Of a stretch of DNA of 64,000 bases, positions 11,401 to 21,748 are shown piece by piece; position 1 is the stretch's first letter; the number at the start of each line of letters is the position of its first letter. The position numbers were made by a program, and so were the translations under genes. The notes under the pieces were generated by a model that was not told the origin of the DNA, did no database searches, and saw only the letters and a program-made list of their open reading frames with translations. The stretch comes from Macrostomum lignano (taxonomy: Eukaryota), in the NCBI GenBank assembly GCA_002269645.1, contig NIVC01000507.1, forward strand, positions 434,001-498,000, written 5' to 3'.

Positions 11401-13598
11401 GGTGCCCCTGAGCCCGCCGCAACTGAGTCAAGAGCGAGGAGAAGACTTATTTGCACTTTGCAGAGCAGCTGGTCATAAGAGAAATACACAGCAATGAATG
11501 AGTCTGCTACTTTAAATGATTATGATGATGCACTTAAATTGGTCTTTTTGGTACCTCTAAATCAGGGATCGAAAAACTGCGGCCCGCGGGCCACATGCGG
11601 CCAGCGAAGCCTTTCAAATCGGTCCTCGGGTCCTTTGAAATTTACAACAGCAATCCGGCCCGCTCAGTGTTGGTATCTCTTCTAAATTCTCTCCTCTCTC
11701 CCTCTTCTCTCTTTTCTCTACTCTTATCTCCCCTTTCTTCCCTCTCCCCCATTCCATTTCCTTTCTTCTCTCATCTGGCCCACAGCAATGAGCAAGAATC
11801 TGTATCTGGCCCTTAAAGTAAAAAGTTTGTCGACCCCAGCTTTAATAATTGACAACTTACAACTTGATTCGGATTCTAAACTGTGGCTTGTCTCTCGCTC
11901 AATACATTTAGGCGTCGCGTGGAGAAATCAATTGATTTGGGCCAGCGTGATTCAGCACAAGCGCGAACTCTAAAATCTGCCAAGTCATGAGCAGCACAGA
12001 AGGCGCAAATGCAAGTGCGATTGGCGACCCACAGAGAGGGTCCCAACAAGCAGCAGCCCAACAGTAAAGCAGAGATACAGCCAACAGAATGAGTGTCAAC
12101 ATATTGCCACCGCAGCCGTTTCTGCCAGCCGTTGGAGCACCGCCGATTGAATGGAACCGATGGAAAGCAATGTTCAGCAATTACCTGCTAGCATCGGGAG
12201 CCATCGATCTGCCGGAGCAAAGAAAACAAGCGTTGCTCATCCACTGCTTGAGTGCAGAGGGTCAAAAACATCTACATGACTCTACAGGCCAGCAGCAATC
12301 AGGAGGAAGGAGAGCAACTGCCAGTAACAGTCGATGACACGCTGAAACTCTGGACCCAAAGTCAACGTAGTTGCTGAGAGGCAAAAATTCCAACAGGGAG
12401 CTCAGCTACCGAGCGAGAAGATCTGCGACTTCGTTGTCGCGCTGCGAAAACTGCGGCTCAGCGGCGCATTTCGGTGGACAGACCTGCCCAGCAAAGGGGC
12501 AAAAGTGCAAGTCCTGCGGCAAGCGTAGTCACTTCGCCAGAGTCTGCAGGAGCGGCAACCGGGTACGAAAGCTTCAGGATGAGTACTCCATCTGCACTGT
12601 GTTTGATTTTGTTTTCTGGACTAAACCTAAGCTGGCTTGTCTCTCGCTCACCACACAGAGACCTTGACTGTCTCGTCAAGCACATTCACACTCTGAGCCT
12701 GGTACATGTAGGTTAGGGTGAGCATTGCAAAAACATCGTTCCGTTTAATTTTCGCGCACAAACCTTAATTAAATTAATGGGGCCGGACACGGAGTCGCGG
12801 AACCCTGGTTTACTTTGGTCAGTTAATACTCTGGTCTGGCACCCCCTGGTCCCCTGGGGTTTTTATTATGACAAGTTGAGGCTAGATCCATTAAAGTAAG
12901 AAGAAAATGTTAAATATTTGTGACGTATGATAGAACTAATTGTGTTTTAACGTAGACACTTAATAAAAATTTATTATTGATTTTATAAGTTTTATGTTCT
13001 TCTACTGTAAGTAATATGGAAAGTGCTAGAACTTATATATATATATATACTATGTCAAGGCTTATTATGGGAATAGCTGAAATTTCCAGGCTTATTGGGG
13101 GAATTGCTGAGATGCCAAGGCTCAGCAAGGGGCACTAGATTGCTATAGTACGAGTAAATATACTATAACTGGGGAGCAACATATAAAATAACTTTAGGCC
13201 TTCTCTGCTAACCAAATTTCCCCGTTCATATAAGACTTCGTGGTCCTTACTATCTTAACAATAGCTAAAGTTGTAATTATATGTGTTAAAGATTACTAAG
13301 AATGCTTAAAAACAGAGAAACAATCTTACTCATCCATTGGGTCAGCAACATCGAGGCGTTCTTCAAATAAACCAAATCTACGATATGAGACTGCATAATC
13401 GCACGAGAACACCTGCGCAGGATAGTGCATAAACAATGTGCCAAGAGTGCCGCTAGTGAAACCGTACTTAAAGTGCCGATACTCATCTTCTCTCAACTGG
13501 CTGGCGTATTTGAAATTTCTAGCCAGACTATAACTGGTGATATGTAGCAGCAGAAGCAGACGACAGGCTTGGTTAAATAAAGACCAAAACGCTTTCAT
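5445..13598 (-). CDS. Predicted type I membrane protein: signal peptide + unrecognised N-terminal domain + 4 EGF-like + TSP1 + TM (~645 aa, 6 exons)
   Basis: Exons 13598-13330, 10848-10327, 9476-9231, 8224-7912, 6585-6250, 5696-5445. All introns are GT-AG with matching phases (2,2,2,0,0), total 1938 nt. N-terminus [29 protein letters not shown] motifs include [29 protein letters not shown] and [15 protein letters not shown]1 motif [14 protein letters not shown]...RVC...CP|GNRETLRVC is completed across the last splice. Hydrophobic stretch [16 protein letters not shown]. Confidence 0.85.
5835..5941. repeat. Short GATTCGATGGA / GGGGATAT repeats in the last intron
   Basis: Direct read. Confidence 0.7.
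6898..7772. repeat. Composite intronic minisatellite: 29-bp units, 3 x 144-bp higher-order repeat of 24-bp monomers, then a homogeneous 24-bp array
   Basis: TCTGACACCCTGATCTTTGCACCT recurs at 6997, 7141 and 7285. (CTGTCTGACACACCGATCTAGGCG)n lies at ~7500-7772. Confidence 0.9.
8385..9165. repeat. 31-bp intronic minisatellite (ACAGACTGAGCAATACCATCTCTACACACTT)n
   Basis: About 25 copies read directly. Confidence 0.92.
9655..9825 (+). mobile_element. Probable 3' end of a non-LTR element (GC-rich island ending in ATCAATCA)
   Basis: GC-rich island in an AT-rich intron that ends in a short tandem tail. Family assignment is from recall only. Confidence 0.3.
9912..10290. repeat. 60-bp intronic tandem repeat, ~6 copies
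   Basis: Consecutive 60-nt lines 9961-10260 are near-identical. Confidence 0.95.
11040..11390 (+). mobile_element. 3' end of non-LTR retrotransposon ORF2 (C-terminal CCHC) plus 3' UTR
   Basis: CPFC...[16 protein letters not shown] is the typical non-LTR C-terminal Cys/His motif. The 3' part is homologous to 14630-14850, 23940-24200 and 28490-28760. Confidence 0.75.
11563..11839. mobile_element. hAT (Charlie-like) MITE
   Basis: Imperfect TIRs CAGGGATCGAAAAACT / AGTTTGTCGACCCCAG, subterminal GGCCCGCGGGCCACATGCGGCC, and degenerate 8-bp flanks ctctaaat/ctttaata. Confidence 0.65.
11860..12655 (+). mobile_element. Internally deleted Ty3/gypsy (Mag-like) gag fragment
   Basis: [35 protein letters not shown]...ALLIHCL, followed by double Cys/His knuckles CENCGSAAH and [14 protein letters not shown]. 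Direct repeat GGCTTGTCTCTCGCTCA at ~11885 and ~12633. Confidence 0.8.
12998..13148 (+). mobile_element. Miniature Helitron-like element related to 29836-40884
   Basis: Contains (TA)n and GTCAAGGCT/GGGAATTGCTGAGA units. It ends GGGGCACTAGATTGCTATAG|TA, resembling GGGGGGCGTAGATTGCTAG|TA of the large element. The 5' end is uncertain. Confidence 0.5.
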
Positions 13599-14629
13599 AA
13601 CAACAAAGTTGTACTAAGCAGACTTGACTTAAGATTTCTTTGTAATTTGTTAGTCATTTGTCAATAGTAGATCGTTTTGTTATTATAAAGCTAGGCTCAC
13701 TTTGGCCATAGACTATGTATACGTACAATTTCCGCACACACACACACACACAGAACAAACACACACACAAGATAAGCACACTTTAGCCTCGCTGGCGAGC
13801 TCTTGCATAGTCTATGGCTTGTGGAGGAAAACCGCACGCTGGGAACAGTCTAGCGATTTGTCTATGGCTAAAGCTTACGTCAACTTGTTCATGGAGTTAT
13901 GCAATTAGACGCTAATTATAGAACTCCTTGAAAAGTTTTGTGACAATTGATAAATCTGCTGCTGGATAGAGTTACAGAGACTGTTGTGCTTGTGCCCCGC
14001 GGGTACACTTGCACTGATAAGCAATCAAACTAGCTCTCGGTCAGGCGCAGGGCCTCAACCCACTCGGCATATGTGCTTACGTCAACCCCCTGGCCCCTGC
14101 ACCCTGGCACCCTCACTCTATTATTTTTGCCCCAACCCTCTGCGTGCCCCAATTCTAATTGGCTACTAATTGGCTAATTTTAGCTAAGTAGATTGGCTAA
14201 GTAGATTTGTCCTCACATACTCTACCTTTGCTTGTTCTCTGGCCTCTGAGCTTTAAAATAGTGTTGAAAAAGTGTTGAAAAGTGTAATAAAGTTATGGTA
14301 TCGATTTGTCACTTTTGTAGCCAATCGTTGACGACTTAAGTGTACGAGCGTACGAGCGTATATTTACAGAACGATATAAGAATAATAAACTAATGCAGGC
14401 CTACATAAATACAGTAAGTAGCAGTCAGGAGAGAGAGTGCCATTGTTTGATACGCCTCAGCAACTGAATCCACATAGTACTATTAGAATAACTATAAGTA
14501 TACTCACGCTTTCAAAACTATATAATAGTAGGGAGATTTTTCTGCACAATGTGATTTTTTCTGTCCGTGTATAATTGTCGGTGGAAGAACCTGTGGGACA
14601 ATGTACTGTGCATGTACATTGAGTTAAAA

Positions 14630-15560
14630 TTAGCTGCAGAGTGTTCCGAGCATCTGAATGAAGCGAGGAGGCGTTGCCGCCCATTTCGCTAACCCCTGGC
14701 GACCACAGGCAGCTAGTACTGCGGTGTCGCGCAGGGAGATCCGGTGGTGCCGGTGTCCGCAGCGCGGTCCCCCTTCGGAGAGTCCAGGAGGTGGATTATC
14801 GCTCGCCCGGTAGCCCTTAGGTTGCGGACTGGGAGTTGCTGTGGTTGCGAACCTTGGCGGTGTCAAACCAGTGCGGATAGTGTTCCGTGCAGGTTTCCGG
14901 CCCTTCCACGACCGCCAGTTGCCGCAGCTTTCGCGGTTTTCTCCCTGACGGGTTTTACGTCCTCAGAGGGGTCGTGACGAACAGGAGCTCCTTTTCCTGA
15001 GCATTTCAGCTCGGCAGAGCCCCCGCTCGTCCGCTCGTCCGCTCGTCCGGGGCGTTGGGCGGGTGGTGTCAGACTCAAAGCTAAAGATCGCATCCAGCTA
15101 TCCGACAGTCCAATGATGGCCGTGAGACCGTCTCCGCCCGGCTTGGAGATGGTCTCGTGAGCCACGATGCCATTTGCCGGCAGGTCTAGATTGGTTTCCA
15201 GGCAGCGCAGCTCGTTGATGATCGAACTGCAAGCCGGAATCCAGGCATGGTGCCGATGTGTCCGGGTCGCTCGTCCTCTCTATGGATAAACCGGTCACTC
15301 AACTCTACACCCAGTCGAGGGCTTTCAGCATGTCGAGGAGCTGCTGCCCAGACTGGCTGTCGGCGGGTTGGATGTGGAGGAACTGGTCCTTGACTTTCGA
15401 GGATTTGGAGCACATAGCTGCTCAAAGTTATCTTGACCAGGTGGGAGTCCAACCAGCTGCGCTAAATCTGGTCCAGCTGTTCGGCCAGAAGAGGCGTCCC
15501 CTGACCTTGAATGATCAGAAGCTCGGCGTCAGAAGCTTTGGCAGCGGCACCGGACGACAG
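14630..15560 (-). mobile_element. Degenerate, internally deleted non-LTR retrotransposon (ORF1-like piece joined to 3' end)
   Basis: 14630-14850 is homologous to the 11260-11390 LINE 3' end. The upstream GC-rich broken frames are only weakly ORF1/endonuclease-like. Confidence 0.45.
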
Positions 15561-15962
15561 GACTCAGTGAGGAATTGCTGAAATTTTTAGGCACTCATCT
15601 GGGTAAAGGGTTAGATTATTGCGTTAGGTTTACGATTCGGGTTTATCCATAAAAGAATCGCTCTGTCAACTACAAAGCTTTTGGGGCAATTGCGAACGTA
15701 TCAATGCTCATGGGGGAAATTGCTAAAATTGTAAGACTCAAGACTCGTGTGGAATTTCTGAGATGTCAGTTGGACTGGTTTGTGCGGCGCCAGCGCACAA
15801 ACCGGCTTTAGTGCCCAGCGCGTTGATTTGTACATCGCCGCCTGCCCCCCTCCCTTTGGGTGGCAGGGGGTGTTTTTAACCCCCCGTCGCGCTCTACTGG
15901 CGGCTCACTTTGCCTTCTCGCAGTGAAGTTTTTTGACTAAGAAATAAAAATTTTGCTGTGTC

Positions 15963-16924
15963 ATGAACCGCTCCCGTAGCCAGTCAGCCGATTCCGTCCC
16001 CGTCCGCACAACTGTGCCAGCACTGCGAGGGAAACTAAAGGAGCTTGGTTTGCCGACCTCTGGCAACAAAGCAAAACTACGAGCTTACGAACGTTCAGGC
16101 CATTCTGCGAGCTACAGGGCGGAACTCGGTGGTAGCGAGCAGCGGGGGCAGCTCCCCAAATCGGCGACAGGTCGAGAACGGTGGCCTGGACGAACAGCTG
16201 CTAGAGGCGGAGAAGAGGATGGATCTGATCTCTGGAATCCGAATTCGCGCAGCTACGGGTCGGCCTTTCTGAGGCACGTGATCTGCCCGGTGAGTTGCTA
16301 AATTGTCTTACTGGAGGTGTGCAGCATGAAGTTGGGCAGCAGCACCAGAACATGGGAGCGTGAGGGAGGAGTAGAGTCTACCAAATCGTTGACTTCGTCA
16401 GCAAGCGCAAGCAGTGTCTCCTAGGCCAGAGTAAGTCTAAAGAAGTGGCAGTCGAGGCGCTGTCGTTAGGTGACTGGGTGACGGGCAATGCGCAGGCGAT
16501 GCTCCAGATGCTGACTGACGGGCGCCTAGTCAGACTGGATCAGCATGGTCGATTGGATGTGGCAGAGCTCAGAGACTATCTCAGGTACACCGCACGCATT
16601 GGCGAGTTGTTGGACCTGGGCTTCGACAAGAGCCGTGTCATGAGATTTGATGACGAGTGCCGGTTCAGCCAAGCGTCTGATAGCAAATGAGAGTCGCACA
16701 GCTCGGACCTGAGTCTGGTTGCGGCGTACCTCATGGCTCCCCAGAAGCAGCAATCGGGGGATGGTGCCCAGAAGCGCAATCAACTGGTTTGCTTCGACTA
16801 CAACAGGATACGCGGGTGCAAAAGCTGTCGGTTCCTGCATCGCTGCCGAAGATGCGGCCTGGCGCACTCTGAGGCAGCCTTCCACCGCGATGAATCGAGC
16901 GGTGAGGAGAAACCGCAACACTGA
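15963..16924 (+). pseudogene. Ngaro gag-like ORF1 (SAP-like N-terminus, C-terminal Cys/His finger), frameshifted
   Basis: TVPALRGKLKELGLPTSGNKAKL; VYQIVDFV; DYLRYTARI...VMRFDDECRFSQA; CFDYNRIRGCKSCRFLHRCRRCGLAH. Pieces lie in different frames, with a TGA at 16688. Confidence 0.8.
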
Positions 16925-16984
16925 CTCGATCATAGCGCGAATTTTATTCCTCCTGTTTTATCCTCTGATCTCTGATCTCTGACC

Positions 16985-18618
16985 TCCAATCTGGCCGAGT
17001 GGCAGGCGGAGTTGTCCAAGCTGGATCTCCCGCCCGGTCGGATGGCTGTTATCCTTGATGGCGTTGCTAGTGGCTTTCGCATCACCAATCGGCAGATGCG
17101 TGGCAACGAGCTGGTTGAGGTGGAAAACTACTCTTCGGTTTTTAAGCACCAAGACAGGGTCGCGCGTAAGATTGCTAATGAGCTTCGTCTCGGTCGTTAT
17201 CGTCTCTGCGCTGCTGGTGACAAACCTCGCATAGTCAGCGCCCTTGGTGCGCTGCCGAAGTCTAACGGTGGCGTTCGCTTAATCCATGACTGCAGCCGGC
17301 AGCAAGGGAAGTCTGTCAATTCCGCTTACGAGAGCGAGCAGAGAATGCGTTTCACCTGTGTCCAGAACTTTGCTAAGAGGCTTAAGAAGAATTACTTTAT
17401 GTGCAAGGTCGATCTCAGCGAAGCCTATCGTTCATGTGGGATTCATCCTGACGACCACAAGTTTACCGGTTTGAAATTTCGGCTGGGTAGCGATGCTTCC
17501 AACACCTACATAGTGGACACGCGCCTGCCATTTGGTGCTGCTGCTTCCGTCACGGCTTTTTATCATCTCAGCGAGGCGGTCAAGTTGATGATGGTGCACC
17601 GCGGCTTCGTCAAGACTGAGGCCTATCTGGACGATTTTGCCTTTTGCGGCTCGCAAAACGAGTGCGAGGCCTTCTTCAATGTGTTGACGTCGCTGATGAC
17701 CAGACTGGGCTTCACCGTGAATTGGACGAAGTGTCAGCGGCTTTTGCAAAGGATGACGTTTCTCGGTGTGGAGCTCGACACCGTCAAGGGCCTGAAGCGG
17801 CTTTTAGACGAAAAAGTGGAGAAAATTTTAGAGCAAACTAGACGATGCTGCTGCCACGGATCGCATCAGCAAGCAAAGTTTACAGCAGATCATCGGCAGG
17901 CTGGTGTGGGCTTCGCAGGTGATCGAATGCGGTCGGCCCTTCCTGCAGGACCTGATTTCGCGCTCTAACAGCTTGACCGTTGGTCAGCAAGATGAGGTGG
18001 ATGCGGTCCTGCGTAGCCAGCTGCGCTGGCTGAAGTCTGCTCTGCTAGCTCAAAGGTGGAAGACAACTCTGGTTCAATAGCGATTTAGATGCCGCGATCG
18101 AGTCGGACGCCTGCCTGGTGGGCGGCGCAGCCGCGCTGCGGTTGCCGGGGGGCGTGAGTGACTGGCGCTCCGTTAATTAGAATCTCGACGCGGATGCTGT
18201 TTTTCGGGATCTGCCAATCAATTACAAGGAGGCTGCGATACTTCTGATGGCGTTGCTGTCGTGGCGGGACCGCCTGCACAACTGTCGGCTGTGCATCTAC
18301 TGCGATAATATGGCAGCGTGCTGTATTATCAACAATGTGGTCTCCAAGTGCCCTCTGGTGAAGAGGCTGTTGCAGACAGCTTGCATTCGTCAGAACATTC
18401 AGCTGCGTGCTTACCACGTGCCAGGGCCATTTCAAACTTTTGCCGACGCCGCGTCTCGGCTGCATGAGGGCAGTCAGTTGTTGAATTTTTTGCTGCGCTA
18501 TTATGATTCATTGATGCGTCCCACTAATTGCTCGCTTGCCACGCTTTCTGCTGCCACATCCGCTTTTCTCTGTTTTCAGGTCGCCAGACTGCGCCAGACC
18601 ACCTCAGCCACCTACTAG
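16985..18618 (+). pseudogene. Ngaro reverse transcriptase + RNase H (frameshifted)
   Basis: ILDGVASGFRI, VRLIHDCS, KVDLSEAYR, LPFG and YLDDF, then in another frame SLQQIIGRLVWA. RNase H motifs INYKE, IYCDN and HVPG..FADAASR. Confidence 0.92.
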
Positions 18619-19556
18619 GTTCCTCCTACGCGGCCCGCTCGAAAAGCGCCATCAGCTCACACGTGCTGTCCTGGCGTGCGTACTGCTCAGCCAAGGGACT
18701 CGACCCCGCCGGGTATACTGTGTCCACGCTGCTAAACTACCTGGCTGGCCTCACGCACACGCGCCTGCGAGCCTACAGTAGCATTCGCAGTCACGTAAGC
18801 TCGCTCTCACTGTGGTTTCGGCTGAACGGCGCTCAGGACCTGACAAAGCACACCCTCACCCAGCATCTGCTGCGGGGCTGCAAGCGAGCGCTAGGGCTTC
18901 AGATTAACCAGAAGCTACCGATGTCTCCATCGGTGCTGCAAAAGCTTTGGTCTCTGATTGACAAGGGCGACAATCGGCAACTGGCCTGCTGGGCGGTCAC
19001 CATCACTGCCTGGTGGGGAATGCTGCGAAAATTGTCACTCCTTCGGTCGACGCCTCAGTTGGGTAGTGGGATGAAGGTGCAAAATCTGACACCTCACCGT
19101 TGTGGCCTCCTCTCAAGCGTGGACTTTGGCAAGACTATTCAGTTCTGGGATCGGGTCCACCGCGTCCTGCTTCCGAAGTTCCCCGTCTGCCTCGCGCTCT
19201 GCCCGGTAGTGGCGATTCGCCGACATCTGTGTGTCAACAAGCTGGCGATGGCCGAGGCGCCACTCTGGTCCTTCATCGATCGTAATGGACAGCGGCGGCA
19301 TCTAGCTGCTCGGGACTTGGACCGGTTTCTTGACTCTAAGCTGCAGAGGGCTGGGTGTGGCGGCAAGCTCTACTCGGCTCACAGCCTGCGACGAGATGGG
19401 GCCACCTGGGCAGCTCGCATGGGCCTGCCGGTGGCGAAGATCCAGCGGATCGGCGACTGGAAGAGTTCGGCGGTGGAGCGCTACTTGCCCCACTCGTGTG
19501 CTGCCACTGCTGCGGCCTCTCTGCGTTTCTCTTCCGCCCTTAGTGCTCATTTTTGA
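18528..19556 (+). CDS. Tyrosine recombinase of the Ngaro element
   Basis: 342-aa open frame overlapping the RNase H end. Motifs GMLRK, KTIQF, HSLRRDGAT (canonical HSLRRGGAT) and GDWKSSAVERY with the catalytic Tyr. The true start is uncertain. Confidence 0.92.
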   Translation: MLACHAFCCHIRFSLFSGRQTAPDHLSHLLGSSYAARSKSAISSHVLSWRAYCSAKGLDPAGYTVSTLLNYLAGLTHTRLRAYSSIRSHVSSLSLWFRLNGAQDLTKHTLTQHLLRGCKRALGLQINQKLPMSPSVLQKLWSLIDKGDNRQLACWAVTITAWWGMLRKLSLLRSTPQLGSGMKVQNLTPHRCGLLSSVDFGKTIQFWDRVHRVLLPKFPVCLALCPVVAIRRHLCVNKLAMAEAPLWSFIDRNGQRRHLAARDLDRFLDSKLQRAGCGGKLYSAHSLRRDGATWAARMGLPVAKIQRIGDWKSSAVERYLPHSCAATAAASLRFSSALSAHF

Positions 19557-20297
19557 CTTTGGTCTTCCCGCAGGTTTGTTGTTTGCTCATTGCCTAACTG
19601 CTGGTCTTAGCCCCCGTTGTGTTTGGCTTTGAAGGCCTGCTTCGTTTCTGTACCAAGTTCGCGTTTTAATGCCTTTGTTGCTGGGAGCACTAATGGACTG
19701 GTTTGTGCGGCGCCAGCGCACAAACCGGCTTTAGTGCCCAGCGCGTTGATTTGTACATCGCCGCCTGCCCCCTCCCTGTGGGTGGCAGGGGGTGTTTTTA
19801 ACAAGGACTACTTAAGTAGAAGGACGCAAGACTCAGAATTGGTGAAAAATTTCATTGGAGGCCGATTTTTCAATGTATCTCCTGTGCACGCTATTGATCG
19901 TAAGATGCTTATTTTCTCGCAGAATAGACAGTAACATATGCTCTTTCAGTTAAGACATCAATAAGTTAAATAATACGGACTTTAACAGCTCAAAATATCA
20001 AAAGTATAGTCCTATAAATAAAAAATATTCATCTAAAATTTCTGATTTTATTATGTCAAAACAAACAAGAAAAAACGTCAAAAGAGACGAAACTGCAAAC
20101 TGGCAAGGCAGTAGAAGGGGGAAAAAGAGTTAAGACATCAATAAGTTGAATAACTCGGAATTAACAGTTCAAAATATTTTTCAAAAGTACAGTATCCGTC
20201 TAAAAGTGCTGGTCTTACGTGGGAACTAAGTTCTGACCCCGACCAAGATCCCATAATTACACAAAGCGTTGAAAATTGATGCTCTAACACAATAATA

Positions 20298-20700
20298 CGA
20301 GGGATACTCTAAAAGTTTTGCAATTCGACTACTTAAAAAGTTACTCCTGCCAAATTTCTCTCTATTACAATCCTTCAAAGTTCAAAGTAGGCTCCCGGAA
20401 CTGCAAACACTTGTGCGCTCGACCAAGCCACTTGTTCATGAGGCCCTGGAACTCTTCAATTGGGATGCTATCAATCGCCTCATTTGCCGCCTGCTCCAGC
20501 TCCTCGTCGGACTGAAACCCGACTGAAACTGAAAGAGCCAGAGGTCGCAGGGGGCAAGGTCTGGTGAGTAGAGCGGGTGTGGTAGCATTGCAGCAGCTTG
20601 TGTGTTGGCGGGGACGTTGTCACGGTAAAGCTTCTGCCCTCGCATTTCAATCCTTGGCGCACTCTGAGTGTACCTGTTGCATAGTTTCCTTTGCAATTAG
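20298..20700 (-). mobile_element. Mariner transposon 3' fragment with one TIR
   Basis: HPLYSPDLAPCDLWLF motif and C-terminal FQSDEELEQAA...KWLGRAHKC. TA|CGAGGGATACTCTAAAAGTTTT at 20296. Confidence 0.85.
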
Positions 20701-20976
20701 GAATGCAACCTTTTTTGGCATTTAGCTTAGGACTAAAAAGACAAATCGTGTTACTCGTTAGTCTGCTTTAAGCCAAATATAGATTGAAGTTCGGCCGGAA
20801 GAGGCGTCCCCTGACCTTGAATGATCAGAAGCTCGGCGTCAGAAGCTTTGGCAGCGGCACCGGACGACAGGACTCAGTGAGGAATTGCTGAAATTTTTAG
20901 GCTCTCATCTGGGTAAAGGATTAGATTATTGCGTTAGGTTTACGATTCGGGTTTATCCATAGAAGAATCGCTCTTC

Positions 20977-21392
20977 TGTTGTGTATCGCAAAGGCATGCA
21001 ATGCGTAGGGATAGTTCGGGGACAGGGTTTCTAGAAACTAGAAGGACTTGTTTACGCATTGTTCCAGAAGTTTCCTCTCCCGGTCTTTCTAGAACTTTCC
21101 TTCCCCGCGTGCATAAATATACGAGCCGCCCTCCTATTGGCCAAGCCCTCTTTTGGTGACTGACGCACGTACTCAAAAAATTGGTGCGGCTGGGGAGCGG
21201 CTACAGAAATGTCAGTCTTTTGGTGCCACTGAGCGCCCGGATAATTATCTATCTTGTTTCTGCGTTCGTTAATTCAACAACAGAACATTGGCGACGAGGA
21301 TGGCGGCTAGCATCCCTGCACCCACGCCCTTCCTGGCGTACTGCGGATCACCGACAGTACCATGGAGCCGATGGATTGAGGCCTTTGAATTT
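20977..21392 (+). mobile_element. 5' LTR + PBS + gag start of a Mag-like gypsy element (truncated)
   Basis: LTR TGTTG...CAACA at 20977-21282. TGGCGACGAGGATGG (21289-21303) is complementary to the 3' end of tRNA-Ser(GCU) as I recall it. gag begins MAASIPAPTPFLAYCGSPTVPWSRW. Confidence 0.8.
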
Positions 21393-21748
21393 TTGGAAGC
21401 TTTTGGAGCATTTGCGAACGTATCAATGCTCATGGGGGAAATTGCTAAAATGGTGAGACTCAAGACTCGTGTGGAATTTCTGAGATGTCAAGACTCATAT
21501 ACGGGAATTGCTGCAATGCTGTTTGCTCATGGGGAAAATTTCTGAACTGTCAAGGTAAACCCTGGCACACGTCCACTATATTAATGACGGAGTCACATTT
21601 GATTACAGCATTTTTTACGCATATCTCAAAAGATTTTACTGAGCACTACATAGCGTTTAAAATTTTTTATTTGGCCGTTAGATAAGGAATTAACATTTTG
21701 GGTCAAGTCCAATGTAGTAAGTTGCTATCCGGTTCAGTCCAGATCAGA

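Larger units (their letters stand above)
15771..19802 (+). mobile_element. Ngaro-type tyrosine-recombinase (DIRS-order) retrotransposon, degenerate
   Basis: Order is gag - RT/RNase H - YR. 110/109-bp direct repeats at 15771-15880 and 19694-19802 show 2 differences. No DIRS1-type methyltransferase ORF was seen. Several frameshifts and stops. Confidence 0.92.

Noticed and set aside
18528-19556. Phage or bacterial integrase acquired horizontally
   Set aside because: It overlaps a DIRS-type RT/RNase H within shared terminal repeats, so it is the normal YR of the retrotransposon.
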